Source of the DNA: an uncultured Planctomycetaceae bacterium
GTDB taxonomy: Bacteria; Planctomycetota; Planctomycetia; Isosphaerales; Isosphaeraceae
NCBI GenBank assembly: GCA_963833985.1
Contig: CAWIAD010000001.1
Location: 2,624,001-2,688,000 of the forward strand
Direction of reading: 5' to 3'
DNA length: 64,000 nucleotides
Part shown: positions 63,836 to 64,000 of the stretch, one piece after another
Position numbering within the stretch: the stretch's first letter is position 1
How the letters are laid out: each line of letters starts with the position of its first letter
Translations under genes and position numbers: made by a program
The notes under the pieces: model-generated
The model's input: only the letters and a program-made list of their open reading frames with translations
Database searches by the model: none
Told to the model about the DNA's origin: nothing

Positions 63836-64000
63836 CTAACGGAAGCGTTCTCGTTGCGGCTTCAAGGATCTTCTGGCATTCGGCACACTGCTCGACATGT
63901 CCTTCCAGGCTCGCGAACGTGGCCTCGCCGACGGCCTCGGTGCCGATCAATCGGAGGGCCGCTTCCGAGGGGCAGTGGATCATGGTCGCTGTGGCCTTGT

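Larger units (their letters stand above)
59529..63983 (-). pseudogene. Zinc-finger Ser/Thr kinase-TPR gene interrupted by IS1634 and by an in-frame TAG
   Basis: ATG 63983 MIHCPSEA...HVEQCAEC joins in frame to LGRGGAGAVY once the IS is removed; HLDLKPSN, DFG, YMAPE; TAG at 59868-59870, with the frame continuing to 59529. Confidence 0.88.

Overview
GC-rich chromosomal window that looks like an Isosphaeraceae-type planctomycete (LEPR-XLL-like secreted protein, PEP-CTERM, DUF1559, Uma2 nucleases, ECF/Ser-Thr kinase pairs); the taxonomy is inferred from gene content. Contents: heme genes (AhbD-like radical SAM divergent from hemY, hemH 10 kb away), two Gfo/Idh/MocA oxidoreductases, nikR, an ECF-kinase operon, a chemosensory cluster (REC-PP2C, STAS, cheY, cheA, MCP, cheW, cheR, cheB), an FAD/Fe-S oxidoreductase, TolC, pyrD, ECF42 plus DGPF, S41 protease, two Tat-exported aldo-keto reductase paralogues, a repeat-plus-beta-helix secreted protein, and an intact-looking 2.0-kb IS1634 inside a kinase gene. 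About 12 frameshifts interrupt otherwise intact genes, all at or beside GCGC, and are most likely long-read errors. The strongest non-coding signals are a highly structured ~230-nt element at 9400-9635 resembling a transposase-less IS110 non-coding end (bridge/seek-RNA-like), REP arrays plus a broken RAYT-like HUH transposase, and a TGGACA/TGTCCA operator array between the heme genes. No rRNA, tRNA or CRISPR array was seen. Family assignments come from motif recognition by eye, not database searches.
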